Positions 17,935 to 28,895 of a DNA stretch of 64,000 nucleotides are shown in pieces. The stretch spans positions 62,001 to 126,000 of IMG/VR virus record IMGVR_UViG_3300043399_000877. One strand, written 5' to 3'. The notes beneath the pieces are model-generated. The model had not been told where the DNA came from. It saw only the letters and a list, made by a program, of their open reading frames with translations, and ran no database searches. Both the position numbers and the translations under genes were made by a program. Positions within the stretch are counted from its first letter, which is position 1; the number at the start of each line of letters is the position of its first letter.

Positions 17935-20411
17935 ATGAAATGGAATTCTCCAATCCGTTCTGACATAACGGTTAAAAGAAAATACGCATGGATTCCAACA
18001 CGGATGGATGATGGCACCTTCTTGTGGTTCGAATACTACTACGAGCGTTGGGTGTTTCATCTGCTCCCAATGGATCGTAGTTTTTGGGAAGTGGCCGGCA
18101 GAACTGTCGACCACCCTAATGATCCCGGAACTGGTAGCAAAACGTCATAACCTCCAGCGTCAAAAAACATCTTGACGCTGGCTGACAGACAGCGTATAAG
18201 AGCTGGAGAACAACGGGAGACAAGGCTATGAGCTACGACATGCGACACGGCGGCCCTTACGACAGGGGCTCTGCTGACAGTTACTATCGGCGCAGCCCGG
18301 AACCGCACTACTACCGTGGCGGCGCGGGCAGGTGGGAAATGGTGCCTGAAGCCCAAATGACGGCGGCTGAAATCGAAGCCTACCTGGCCGGTTACCGTGA
18401 AAACGACGACTTCAAGGACTGGGGTCGTGATGAAGACTAACACGGTGTTCCGTATAATCAACCGAGAGACTGGGGAAGTCGATGTTTGCACTTCGGCGGC
18501 AGAGGTGGTGGAGCGGATGCTGGGTCGGCGGTATAAACAGTATATCGTGATCAAAAGTGAAGAAGACGAACACAGAGAGCGAATTCGTGACGTGCTGGTT
18601 CCGATAACCAGTCCAGACGTTCGATATCTTGAACTGCAACTGAACATTCTGTAAAGGAGAAGACTATGGGTCTTGACATGTATCTGAACGCCAGCCGTTT
18701 CCTCTGGGACCTGGGTGATGATCCGGATGTGAAACTGGCCGTTGATATCGGCGCCATGTTTCCGGAACTCAAGGGCAAGCGGGCTCGTGAGGTCAGCACC
18801 GAACTGTTCTACTGGCGCAAGGCCAACGCAATCCACAAATGGTTCGTGGATACCGTCCAGGAAGGGCGAGACGACTGCGGCTACTATCCGGTCGAGCTCG
18901 AGCAGTTGGCCACCTTGCGGGACCTTTGCCGGCTCGTGCTGGGGAACCCGGACAGCGCCAGTCGTCTGTTGCCCACGCAGGGCGGGTTCTTTTTTGGCGG
19001 GACCGACTACGACGAATATTATTTCCAGGATCTGGAACGAACCGTCCAGTTCTTGGATGAATTCCTTCCTGAATATACCGATGATGCGAGCAGCCCTTGG
19101 CGGCGCTGGCAAATAGAATATCACTCCAGCTGGTGACAATCATCGGTGGCGGGCTTGACACTGGCTGTTGAGCCCGCTATAAGCAGATGAACAACAGGAG
19201 ACGCAGATGGGAACTCGAAGCCTAACTCGATTCATGGAGGACGGCAAACCGATTGTTTGCCTTTACGGCCAGTATGATGGGTATATTACCGGTCACGGGC
19301 GTGAGCTTGCCAACGTCCTGCGTGACGGTCGTATGGTGAACGGCCTTCGCGGTGGCACGGAAAAAGTGTTTAACGGTGCCGGCTGTCTCGCTGCCCAGGT
19401 GACGGCAGCATTCAAAGACGGTCCCGGCGGATATTACCTTCACTCACCGGATTCGGAAGACGAGGAATACACCTACGACCTTGAGGTCCGTATGACACCG
19501 GGCCGTTTTGGTCCCGAGCCCCAGCCGGAGATCCAGGTGTCGGTCCGTTCTTACGGTGACCTCTTGTTTACCGGACCGCACAGTGAGTTCGTTCAATGGG
19601 CATTTTTGGAGGAGAGCGATGATGAAGAAGACACTGAAGAAAATCGGTGATGCCGTGTGGTGGGTGTTGACACTGGCCTACTACTCTGCTATGATGCTGG
19701 TGTGACATGCATCATTTGGTAAACTTGCTTGCAGAGGCAGGCGTGACGCGACCCGAGCATGTTCGCTCAATCGCGCAAGTGATCCTGATGTCACAAATGG
19801 ACCGCAGTCTGGTTGAAGCTGCTGAAGAAATCAGCAACGCCGCAGACGGCGATATCATCAAAATCTGGCAACAGGTTTTTGGAGGAAACTGATGAGCGAT
19901 ATCGATCCTAACAACGTCTATTCCGATGTGGAAATCACCCTGCGGCTTCCGCGTGTGATCACTGCACTCGACTATCACGAGTTTGGAGAAATCCAACGAA
20001 TGATTGAGGAGAAGCTGGGCGTCACGGGTGTTTACGTCACCGAAGTAGGATTCATGGCACCGGAGTATGTGGGCCTAATCCACGTGAATACCGAAAGCCA
20101 CAATCAGCTGGTGATGGAACTGGAACGGTATTACCAGGAACAGGAATAACGGGATGCGGACCTACTACTTCAATCAGTGGGGGCACCATGTCCCCACTGA
20201 GGTAGGTCATTATCGTATGATTCCGGAATGGATCGACGTCGACAACCAGATGTGGAGCGAGCCCTACCATTTGTATGGTGACTTGGATACCGGGATACCC
20301 GTAAACAGTCCGCAGCACTTTATGCATCTGAGATCGATAAAACTATTGACAGAGCTCTGCAATCTTGCTAGGGCTCAAGAGCAACAAAAGGAAACAGCCA
20401 TATGCGTTTGA
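17935..20411 (+). CDS. Eight small hypothetical early proteins (17935-18150, 18228-18440, 18430-18654, 18666-19136, 19207-19650, 19707-19892, 19892-20149, 20154-20411)
   Basis: SDs and promoters at 18172, 19155 and 19667. 18666 (MGLDMYL..YWRKANAIHKWF) and 19207 (MGTRSLT..QYDGY..GHG) resemble widespread phage hypothetical families. Confidence 0.7.
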
Positions 20412-22534
20412 ATACTGCGCCCGAAAATCCCGTCACGATGGGAGGCGTTACTCATGTCAAAGAGTTTGGCATTCGTAACAGCGCCAAAGCCTTCTCGATC
20501 CTGTCGAGCGGCCTCTATGCCAACAAAATCCGAGCAATCATTCGTGAACTCGGCTGCAACGCCCGTGACAGTCATGTGGATGCCGGCCGTGCCGATCTAC
20601 CGTTTGATGTTCACTTGCCTACCAGCTTGGGCCCTTACTTTGCCATCCGCGATTACGGGACCGGTCTCACGCACGACCAGGTGTGCAAAATCTACACCAC
20701 CTATTTCGAGAGCACCAAGACCGAAAGTGACGACTTTATCGGCGCGCTGGGCTTGGGCAGCAAAAGCCCGTTCAGTTACACCGACAACTTCACCGTGACC
20801 GCCATCCGTGACGGCATCAAGGGCATCTATTCGGCATTCATCAACGACACTGGTGTGCCCAGCGTGGCGCTGATGCTGCAAGAGCCCACGGATGAACCCA
20901 CTGGCGTTGAAGTTCGTTTCGCGGTTGAAAACCGGTATGATTTCCGCGAGTTCATTAACGAAGCGAGCGAAGTGTTCGTTCACTTCGCTGTCCAGCCGAA
21001 CTTCACCGGCGCAGAATGCAATGTGGCGGTCCACAGTTACGAAAACCGTGACATTATCCCGGGGGTCCATTCCCGCCTGCACGGTCGCAGCAATGTGGCG
21101 GTGATGGGCACTATCGAATATCCGATCGATTTGCCCAACTACTCGGGCCCGCTGAACGATTTGCAGCATATCGATCGCATGGGTCTCGAAATCCACTTTG
21201 CAATCGGCGAGATCGACTTTCAGGCAAGCCGTGAGGGTTTGCAATACACCAAAGAAACGGTGTCGGCTATCACTGCAAAATATCAGCAGGTGGCTGCGGT
21301 GCTGGATCGGTTACTGGCCGAACACCTTGCCCAGTTTACCAACGTATGGGAACAGCGCCGGGCGATTATCGAACGTAGCCGCAGCACGGTGTGGAGCAGC
21401 TCGATTAACCGCTGGCTGAAAACCAACTCGAATCCGCTGATTGACCGTAGCCATTATGGCAGCATCTACAGCCGAGACATTGAAATCACACCGCAGAAAT
21501 TGCGCGACGATTACAATATGGAAGTCCGCGGTTTCGTTTACGACACCTATCCGCGGCGTGCTCGCGATCACAATCCGGTCAACTACGACGGCAACATTGT
21601 GTTCCGTCCTGACTATCAGATGATGCTGGTGCCCAATCGCAAAAACGAAAAGATCCAGCAACGGTTGAAAAACCATATGAAGGAATCCGGCGGCGACGAG
21701 CGCAAGAACATCTTCTTGTTCACTCCCGCAGATCCGGAGAAGGAGATGGGTTTTGAACGGTTCCTGACCACGGTGCTGTTGGACCCGCCGGCTGACACGG
21801 TTGTCGAAGGTTCGGCTATTCCCAAGGTTGTGCGCCAGGCTCGCGCCAAGTCCGAACCCATCAACATCATGCAGCTTCGCATGGATCAGAATCGCCGGCA
21901 CCAGAGCTACACTTCGGCGATCAGCTGGCAACCGCTGGTGGTTCCGGACATTACCCAGCTGGATCAGAATCAAAAGTTCTACTACCTGAACCTCAAAGGG
22001 TTCGAGGCGTCCATGCAGAGCGGTGACTTGGTCGCTGCAAAGGAAGTCTACCACTATATGCTGAATACCGAATTGGCTGTGCTGAGTGGTGCGCGAGTGT
22101 TTGGCGTTCGCAAAGGCGACATCGAGGCTGTCCGGGCACAGGCGAACTGGATTCCGTTGGAGGACTTGATCAGCGAGACCATCAACGGACTCAGCACCGG
22201 TAAGTTCGTTACTGGCATCATAAAAAGCCTTGACAGCAATGCCCGGAGCGTATATACTCGGGACATTGCAGCCAAGATCGACATCAACAGCCCGTTCCGT
22301 AAGGCTGTTGAGAGTATGGACGTGAGTGAAAACTTCAATGTCTATTACTTGCAGAAACTGGCAAGCATGTTTAACCTCAAACTGGATCTGGAAAAGATGC
22401 AGGCTGATGCGACAAAAGTGATTCGGGAGGTAAACGAGCGTTATCCCCTTATTCGACACCTACGGTATGGCTTCGACGAGGCCGCTGTGGCGGAATACAT
22501 CAACATCGTCGACAACTCGAAGCAAGACATCTAA
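20402..22534 (+). CDS. rIIA: rIIA-like protein
   Basis: N-terminal GHKL ATPase (IRELGCNARDSH, IRDYGTGL, STKTES..IGALGLGSKSPFSY, ASREGLQY); immediately upstream of rIIB. Confidence 0.88.
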   Translation: MRLNTAPENPVTMGGVTHVKEFGIRNSAKAFSILSSGLYANKIRAIIRELGCNARDSHVDAGRADLPFDVHLPTSLGPYFAIRDYGTGLTHDQVCKIYTTYFESTKTESDDFIGALGLGSKSPFSYTDNFTVTAIRDGIKGIYSAFINDTGVPSVALMLQEPTDEPTGVEVRFAVENRYDFREFINEASEVFVHFAVQPNFTGAECNVAVHSYENRDIIPGVHSRLHGRSNVAVMGTIEYPIDLPNYSGPLNDLQHIDRMGLEIHFAIGEIDFQASREGLQYTKETVSAITAKYQQVAAVLDRLLAEHLAQFTNVWEQRRAIIERSRSTVWSSSINRWLKTNSNPLIDRSHYGSIYSRDIEITPQKLRDDYNMEVRGFVYDTYPRRARDHNPVNYDGNIVFRPDYQMMLVPNRKNEKIQQRLKNHMKESGGDERKNIFLFTPADPEKEMGFERFLTTVLLDPPADTVVEGSAIPKVVRQARAKSEPINIMQLRMDQNRRHQSYTSAISWQPLVVPDITQLDQNQKFYYLNLKGFEASMQSGDLVAAKEVYHYMLNTELAVLSGARVFGVRKGDIEAVRAQANWIPLEDLISETINGLSTGKFVTGIIKSLDSNARSVYTRDIAAKIDINSPFRKAVESMDVSENFNVYYLQKLASMFNLKLDLEKMQADATKVIREVNERYPLIRHLRYGFDEAAVAEYINIVDNSKQDI

Positions 22535-22546
22535 AAGGAGTTACCA

Positions 22547-23401
22547 ATGTCTTACCCATATCTGATCCAAGGATCAAACATCGTTGTCGTGATTGACAAC
22601 AAGAGCCACACGGTCACCAAGAGCCATATGGCTTACGAAAAGATCAAAGAAGCCATCCGCGTTGGTGACTGGGAAACCGTCCGCGGTATCGTCGATCCGG
22701 TCAAGACGGTGCTCAACTACGGTGCCGGTCATGTCAGCGTCCAGGGCGAGAAGGTGTTCTGGAAGGGCCAGCTGATGAACAACGGTCTCACCCGCCGTAT
22801 GCTGCAAATGTATGAAGAAGGCTTTCCGATCGAACCGCTGGTTCGCTTCATGGAAAACCTCATGCAGAACCCCAGCTTCCGTGCGGTGAACGAACTGTAT
22901 GGCTTCCTGGAAAAGAACAACCTTCCGATCACGCCGGATGGTCACTTCCTGGCTTACAAGAAGGTGCGTGACGACTATCTGGACGTCCATTCCGGAACCA
23001 CGCCCAACCGGTTGGCTGACACCTGGACTGTGGAAGAACTGGCGTCGATGCCGATCACTGCCGGTGCAAAGAACGAGGTTCAGATCTCGGTTGTGGACGG
23101 TGTGACGGTGGTGGAAATGCCGCGCAACGCGGTCAACGATGACCAGAACAACACCTGTTCCGAAGGCTTGCACTTCTGCTCGGAATACTACCTGAGCCAC
23201 TTCGGCGGTGCCCGGACTGTGATCCTCAAGATCAACCCGGCTGATGTCGTGAGCATCCCGACCGATTACAACAACAGCAAGGGCCGGACCTGCCGTTATG
23301 CTGTGGTAGGAGAGCTTGGCGTCAGCGCGGGGGATGCGTTTACCCAAGCGGTGCAAGCAGGCGCCAACACGGCTGCTGACACGCTCGCAGACAACGTCTA
23401 A
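22547..23401 (+). CDS. rIIB: rIIB-like protein
   Basis: FMENLMQNPS..ELYGFL..ITPDGHFLAYKKV..MPRNAV..CSEGLHF..PADVVSIPTDYNNSKGRTCRY. Confidence 0.9.
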   Translation: MSYPYLIQGSNIVVVIDNKSHTVTKSHMAYEKIKEAIRVGDWETVRGIVDPVKTVLNYGAGHVSVQGEKVFWKGQLMNNGLTRRMLQMYEEGFPIEPLVRFMENLMQNPSFRAVNELYGFLEKNNLPITPDGHFLAYKKVRDDYLDVHSGTTPNRLADTWTVEELASMPITAGAKNEVQISVVDGVTVVEMPRNAVNDDQNNTCSEGLHFCSEYYLSHFGGARTVILKINPADVVSIPTDYNNSKGRTCRYAVVGELGVSAGDAFTQAVQAGANTAADTLADNV

Positions 23402-23464
23402 GAGCACTTGACAAGGCTAGGTGCCCCTGCTATATGTGGGGGCACCAGCATGAGAGGACACGAG

Positions 23465-25572
23465 ATGCCAAAGATTGTTCACGAAGGCCTACTGGACGCA
23501 ACTTACGAAGACAGTGGTGCGGCTGTGATTGCCGAAATTGTTGACGACATCACTGGGCCGGAGTTTTTCCGATTCCAGAGCTGGGACACATCCAAACGGC
23601 ACGTTGGCATCAACCAGTTCATCGGACGCACGGTCCGAATCACCATCGAAACCCTTAACTAAGAGGACCACACAATGGAATTCAAATGGCTTATGATCTG
23701 CGTCGCAGTCAGCATCGTTGGCATTTCAGCCGGTGCGAGTGTTTCGGAATGGTCGCGACATCAGAGTGACGCCGAATGTCGTATCAATTACGCCAACACT
23801 GATCGCACCGCAGACGAAATCGAACAGATTTGCGGTTAACCGTATCCGTGATTGACACGGCTCTGGCAGTCTGTTAGTCATAGCATACAGAAACAGCAGG
23901 AGGCTACGATGGCCACGATTACTGTTCGACCCGGAAGTATCAATCCGGATGTCACGTTCGAGCGCACCTTCTATGGCGAGTCGGATGAGCGCCAGGTCCG
24001 GGAGATTGTCGAAACCTGGACTCGCATAACCGGACTGAACTTTGCTGCCATGCCCCGAGAGTGGAAAGTTATCGATGTTACTGGTGAAGAATACCTTTGG
24101 GTCAGCATTGTCCATCCGCTGGACAACCGGTCTGATGTGACCATGTTTTGGCTCCGTGAAACCAAGGAGAAATGAGATGAAAAATATCCTGGATCTGATG
24201 TCGACGGTCACCGAAGAAGTCGAAACTGCACATGAACTCCGGGTGCGTGTCAACGCTAACGGAACCTGGACTGCACGAGTCGTCGATTCGGCCAGCGGGC
24301 TGACGCTGCTGGACCGCGAGGGTGATCGTTATTTGGTTGCCAGCTCGGCGCTGGATGCTGGCGACGTTATCCGAGAACTCAACCAACTCTGTGCTTGACT
24401 GCACTGGCGGCAGATGCTAGACAGTATGGGCAACAAGGGAGGACACGATGGCACGGATGTTTAATGTATACGGTGTTCGTGACGGTGTCGAAACCTTTGT
24501 GGAAACTGTCAGCAATGCCGCCGAAGGCAAGGCCGCGCACCAGCGTATGAAACTGGCCGGTGTTTACGAATACATCCGGTGCCGCGACGTGCTGGGCGGG
24601 TTGCGCTTCGAGTATAATCTGGAAACTGGCCGCAAGACGGCATGAGAGGATACTGACCATGGAAGATGAAGGCCGAGTGATCGAAATCGTCGTTGCGCTT
24701 CGTGTTCGCGAAGATGCCGACGTGGCTGAGATTGTCAGCGAAATGGATTACAGCTTCGCCCACGCTGACATCATCGACACCGAAATCCGCGATATTATCA
24801 CTGAAATCTGAGGAGAGAAACATGACCAACCCCATCCAGCGTTACATCGATACCCCCAAACCCGGGCACCTTCCGCCGCAACCGAACCGTGATCTTGCTG
24901 TGACGCGCTTGGTTATGCGACTGCTCGGTCTGCGGTAATCGTCGTGCCGCGGCACATCATCCACGTGAACCGGCAGCATATTGCCATGAATGCGAAAGAC
25001 GGGGCTAACCGTCCCGTCTACACGATCAAAACCGGTTCACAGGTTCGCTATGCTCGCGAAGTGGAAATTGCAGGTCCTAGCCGTATGATATACGACGGGC
25101 GGCAATTGAGCTGCGGGGCGCGGGCTTGGATCGAAACCGACAGCGACATTCATCTCGTCGACGAGATGACATTTCAGGAAGCGAGGACGGTCGATGACCG
25201 ATGACGAAGTCCGAAACCTACCGTTAGGTGTCTACCGTTTGCACTGGAACAGTGGCGGCAGTTCGGTTGCCTCAGTGGGACAACTGCACGACGGAACCCG
25301 ATGGATTGCCCCGGCTAACTGGACAAGCCGGGAACCCCAAACCATGGGAACCATCGATTGGTGGGAACACATCAATCGCGTGGAACTGATCACAACTCAA
25401 TAAGGAAAATCCGATGAAAACTTTTGATGTCTACCTCAACGACGAACGAATCGATCGTGTGTTTTTCCGCTCTGATGACGTGGAGGAAGTCCGCGACTCG
25501 CTGATTCGGTGGGACAACTATGACCCCGCAATTGTGGTGAAACTGTTCGAACGAGACGCACAACCTGCTTGA
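23465..25572 (+). CDS. Cluster of about 10 small hypothetical genes (e.g. 23465-23662, 23909-24175, 24177-24398, 24448-24645, 24659-24811, 24944-25204, 25194-25403)
   Basis: SDs; promoters at 23408, 23852 and 24395; codon bias consistent with the plus strand. Confidence 0.65.
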
Positions 25573-25628
25573 CACGGGCGGCGGCGCCTGCTAGAAACTG
25601 ACTGTAACAGAAACAAAGGACGACGCAA

Positions 25629-26219
25629 ATGCCGAATTGGTGCTCCAACTCCCTCTATGTCACCGGCCCGACCCAGGTGATCAAAGACATGGCCGCTGCC
25701 GCCGAGAAGGGCGAGCTGCTGCAATTCGTATGTCCGGTTCCGCAGGAACTGACTGACACGGTGTCCGGCAGTTTCGGCGACACCGAAAAGCAGGCGGCGC
25801 TGGAAGCGAAACAATCCGCCAATGTGGAAAAATATGGCTACGCCACCTGGTATGACTTCTGCGTCAACGAGTGGGGCACCAAGTGGGACATCGGTGGCGA
25901 AGACTGTCATATGGAAGTCACTGATGTGGGTGACGGTTCCGGCAACAGCACCCTGAAGATCAGCTTCGACAGCGCCTGGGCCCCGCCGATTGCGGCCTAC
26001 GAGAAGATGGAGGGCCTGGGTCTTGAGGTTCGCGCCTTCTACTACGAACCCGGCATGGCGTTCTGCGGTCAGTTCTTCGAAGGCGAAGACGCTTACTGGA
26101 ACATCACCGGCAACAGTGACTGGGTTTCGGAAAACATCCCAGACGAAATCGACACTGAAATGAACATCAGCGAGTCGATGGCTGAATGGGAAACGGACGA
26201 AGAAACCGACGAAGCCTAA
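25629..26219 (+). CDS. DUF1281/YubB-like ferredoxin-fold protein
   Basis: MPNWCSN, WYDFCVNEWGTKWD, FDSAWAPP, YYEPGMAFCG. Confidence 0.75.
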   Translation: MPNWCSNSLYVTGPTQVIKDMAAAAEKGELLQFVCPVPQELTDTVSGSFGDTEKQAALEAKQSANVEKYGYATWYDFCVNEWGTKWDIGGEDCHMEVTDVGDGSGNSTLKISFDSAWAPPIAAYEKMEGLGLEVRAFYYEPGMAFCGQFFEGEDAYWNITGNSDWVSENIPDEIDTEMNISESMAEWETDEETDEA

Positions 26220-26430
26220 GGAATCTGCTTGACTCCTGGGTTGGCTGAGCATATATTGCACTGGTAACCCAGGAGGACAAGATGAAGATGCAGATCAAAC
26301 AATCGGACCTGAATCATCGCAATCCCGTCGCCCGTGCGATGGCCCGGGATGCAGCTCAATTCCGCTCTCGCGTCGTGCGGGATCGCACCAAATACTCCCG
26401 CAAGGCCAAACATAAAAAAGGAGAGTGGTG

Positions 26431-26948
26431 ATGAAGCAATACATCGACGTCGAAACTGGGATCGGTAAGTTCACTGTTGAACTCGTGATGGATGACGACA
26501 TGAACTTCCCCTATTCTATCTGGGATGACCAAGGCGCTGTGGTGGCTGACGGAACCATCAGTGTCGCTTTCGATAGCCTGCGCGATGTCGCAGAGGCGGC
26601 GGTAGGTCGCTATATCCGTGAACTGGATCTTGTGGACTGAAGGAGAACAAGATGGAAACCATGACTCGTGTTACGAGTGAGACTGACCTCGAAGGCATCC
26701 TGAAGGTGGCCCGGGAGTGGCTCGGAGATCGAGTGCAGAAAAATCTGCGCATCTTTGTCAAATCCGGCGACATCCGCCTGGAGATGCCGGATGCCGATCT
26801 CACGCAGGATACCTGGGACGGCACTCTGCTGATCCACTTCAATCGTGACTTTTCGGCAGCCGACCTCGTCAACTACATCGTAGGTGGCGTTCAGGTTGAC
26901 GAAATGAGTTTCATTGAACCGCGCACCCTGCGGCTTTGGTGGGACTAA
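26431..26948 (+). CDS. Two small hypothetical proteins (26431-26640, 26652-26948)
   Basis: AGGAG SDs. Confidence 0.65.
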
Positions 26949-27171
26949 CCGACAAAGCCGTTGACACGGCCAGGAAGACTTGCTAGACAAGGCAAGTAAA
27001 CAGAAACGCTAACGGTTCAACAGAGGATACGATGCCCCGACCTCGAGACTCGCCCTAGCCGGGCATGCCAGAGACGCCCTGGAATAATTAGATAAAATTT
27101 TAGATTGATGGAGGTCCTGGGTATGACCGCCGCTTAAAAACTGCCCAACCCTCGCAACAAGGAGCCAAATA

Positions 27172-27222
27172 TGGGAACCAGGTCAATGATCGGTGTCCGC
27201 AACACGGACGGAACCATCACCA
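27172..27222 (+). pseudogene. Truncated 5' copy of gene 27977..28432
   Basis: AAGGAG SD followed by MGTRSMIGVRNTDGTIT, versus MGTRGMIGIKNADGTID in the intact copy. Confidence 0.8.
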
Positions 27223-27888
27223 TTTGACTTTACCGCGACCCTGAATAAAATCCGGTCCCGGTTGATTAACGCTCCGTATGCACTGAACTCCGTTGTTCCA
27301 CCATTTTAGTTTGGAAACACCTTCCGAGTTCTTTTTTCGCCAGTCAGCATCTTGATTGATGCCTTTGTTTATACCTACAATTTCCCCAGTATTCCATCTT
27401 GGATCATTTGGTGATACTTTTATTTTTTCACCTGTTGATACTAGCTTTGCTGGTATTGAAGTAAATTCCGGATTGCGATTTTGTTTGCGTCCCTTTTGTG
27501 ATGGTGGAGATATTCCTAAAAGCAAATTTCGATCTCTTACTTTTTGTTTTGCTTCTTCATTCCATCCCCTATTTCCGTCACCACCGTCTGTTTGGTTTGT
27601 TAGGACGCCGGTCCCCAAATCCCGTCTACCATAAGTCGATATAAGTTCTATCTCAAGGCCAGTGGCTTGTTCACGAGTAAGGTTGTTGTGAACTATCTCG
27701 ATTAAAGGATCTTTTCCTTCTTCTAATAGTTTTCGAATTGCGTTGAGTTTGTGTTGGCCCGACTCGGGAATTGGATTTAGTTTTGCCTCTTTTAAGTGAG
27801 CAAATCGACGACGACCTTTACCCATTCCTACATAAAAGGGTTCTAGCGTGTCAGGGTTTCGATATAGGTATGTATAATAATTGTTCAT
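27217..27888 (-). mobile_element. GIY-YIG family homing endonuclease gene
   Basis: YYTYLYRNP..PFYVGMGKGRRRFAH..EIELISTYGR..LTNQTDGGDG and C-terminal KWWNNG motif. AT-rich, opposite strand to neighbours, with a GATAAATAC promoter just upstream. Confidence 0.85.
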
Positions 27889-27976
27889 ATTGTATTTATC
27901 GAACAATTATTTTTCGGATGGCTACTTGACAATAGGCGCTGGTTGCGCTATACACTAGGAAACAAAGGAGACACAC

Positions 27977-28432
27977 ATGGGAACGCGCGGAATGATTGGC
28001 ATCAAGAATGCCGATGGAACCATCGATGCGATTTATTGTCATTGGGACTCGTATCCGGAACACAATGGTCGTATCCTGAGCGAACACTACCAGGACGAAT
28101 CCAAAGTTCGTGAACTAATCGGTCTCGGCGACATCAGCTCGCTGCGTGAAGAGATCGGTGAACAGCATCCCTTCGACACCTACCACCTGAAAAAAGAAGA
28201 TATGGATCCCAGATGGGATCGCTGGACCGTAGCATACGGTCGTGACCGAGGCGAGACCGGCATTGAAGCCAAGAACTACCACAACGAAACCTTCTTTGTG
28301 GGCGGGGCTAAATCGTGCGGTGCCGAATACGCATACCTTTTCGATAATGGCGAGTGGGGCGTGGTTGGAATCGGAATCCCGCGCCGGCCCACGTTCAGCA
28401 AACTCGAAGCGGTTCTTCAAGACAGTGATTGA
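27977..28432 (+). CDS. Conserved phage hypothetical protein (MGTR...YCHWDSYP family)
   Basis: Promoter at 27926 and SD; distant paralog of 19207..19650. Confidence 0.8.
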   Translation: MGTRGMIGIKNADGTIDAIYCHWDSYPEHNGRILSEHYQDESKVRELIGLGDISSLREEIGEQHPFDTYHLKKEDMDPRWDRWTVAYGRDRGETGIEAKNYHNETFFVGGAKSCGAEYAYLFDNGEWGVVGIGIPRRPTFSKLEAVLQDSD

Positions 28433-28481
28433 CACGCCAGCCAGCCCGTGCTAGACGGGCTGACGAAACGGAGGGCAGCGA

Positions 28482-28844
28482 ATGTTCAAAAAAGCGATTG
28501 CACTGTCTCTGGCTGTGATGCTGGCAGCATGTGAAGTTCCGGAATCCCCGCGAGTGTGGGACGACTATCTGGATCCGTATATGAGTGCCCGTGGATACAC
28601 CATTGACGTGGATGGAAAAACCATTCTCAAGAATGGGTTTCCGGTGTGGGTGGACGAGCCGTGTTTCGGACGCGGGTGCCGTGGCAGTTATCCGATTGTC
28701 ACTCGTGAACTAGCCGAGGCGGTGCGTTTGGACCTTTTGGCTGCAATCGATGCTGCTCAAGACGAGTATGTTGCTGATATTTCCGAGGTTATCGGTCTCG
28801 AGCCGGTCGTGGATGAACCGGAAAAAACCGAGCAACTGCCTTGA
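28482..28844 (+). CDS. Putative lipoprotein
   Basis: Signal peptide with lipobox LAAC. Confidence 0.65.
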   Translation: MFKKAIALSLAVMLAACEVPESPRVWDDYLDPYMSARGYTIDVDGKTILKNGFPVWVDEPCFGRGCRGSYPIVTRELAEAVRLDLLAAIDAAQDEYVADISEVIGLEPVVDEPEKTEQLP

Positions 28845-28895
28845 CAGCCGTTCGCGTTGATGCTATAACCTACTGACAGACACAGGAGGAACGTC

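Noticed and set aside
27113-27146. Firm call as a preQ1 riboswitch
   Set aside because: Only the general pseudoknot layout matches and the downstream gene is not a queuosine-pathway gene; kept as an unassigned structure.
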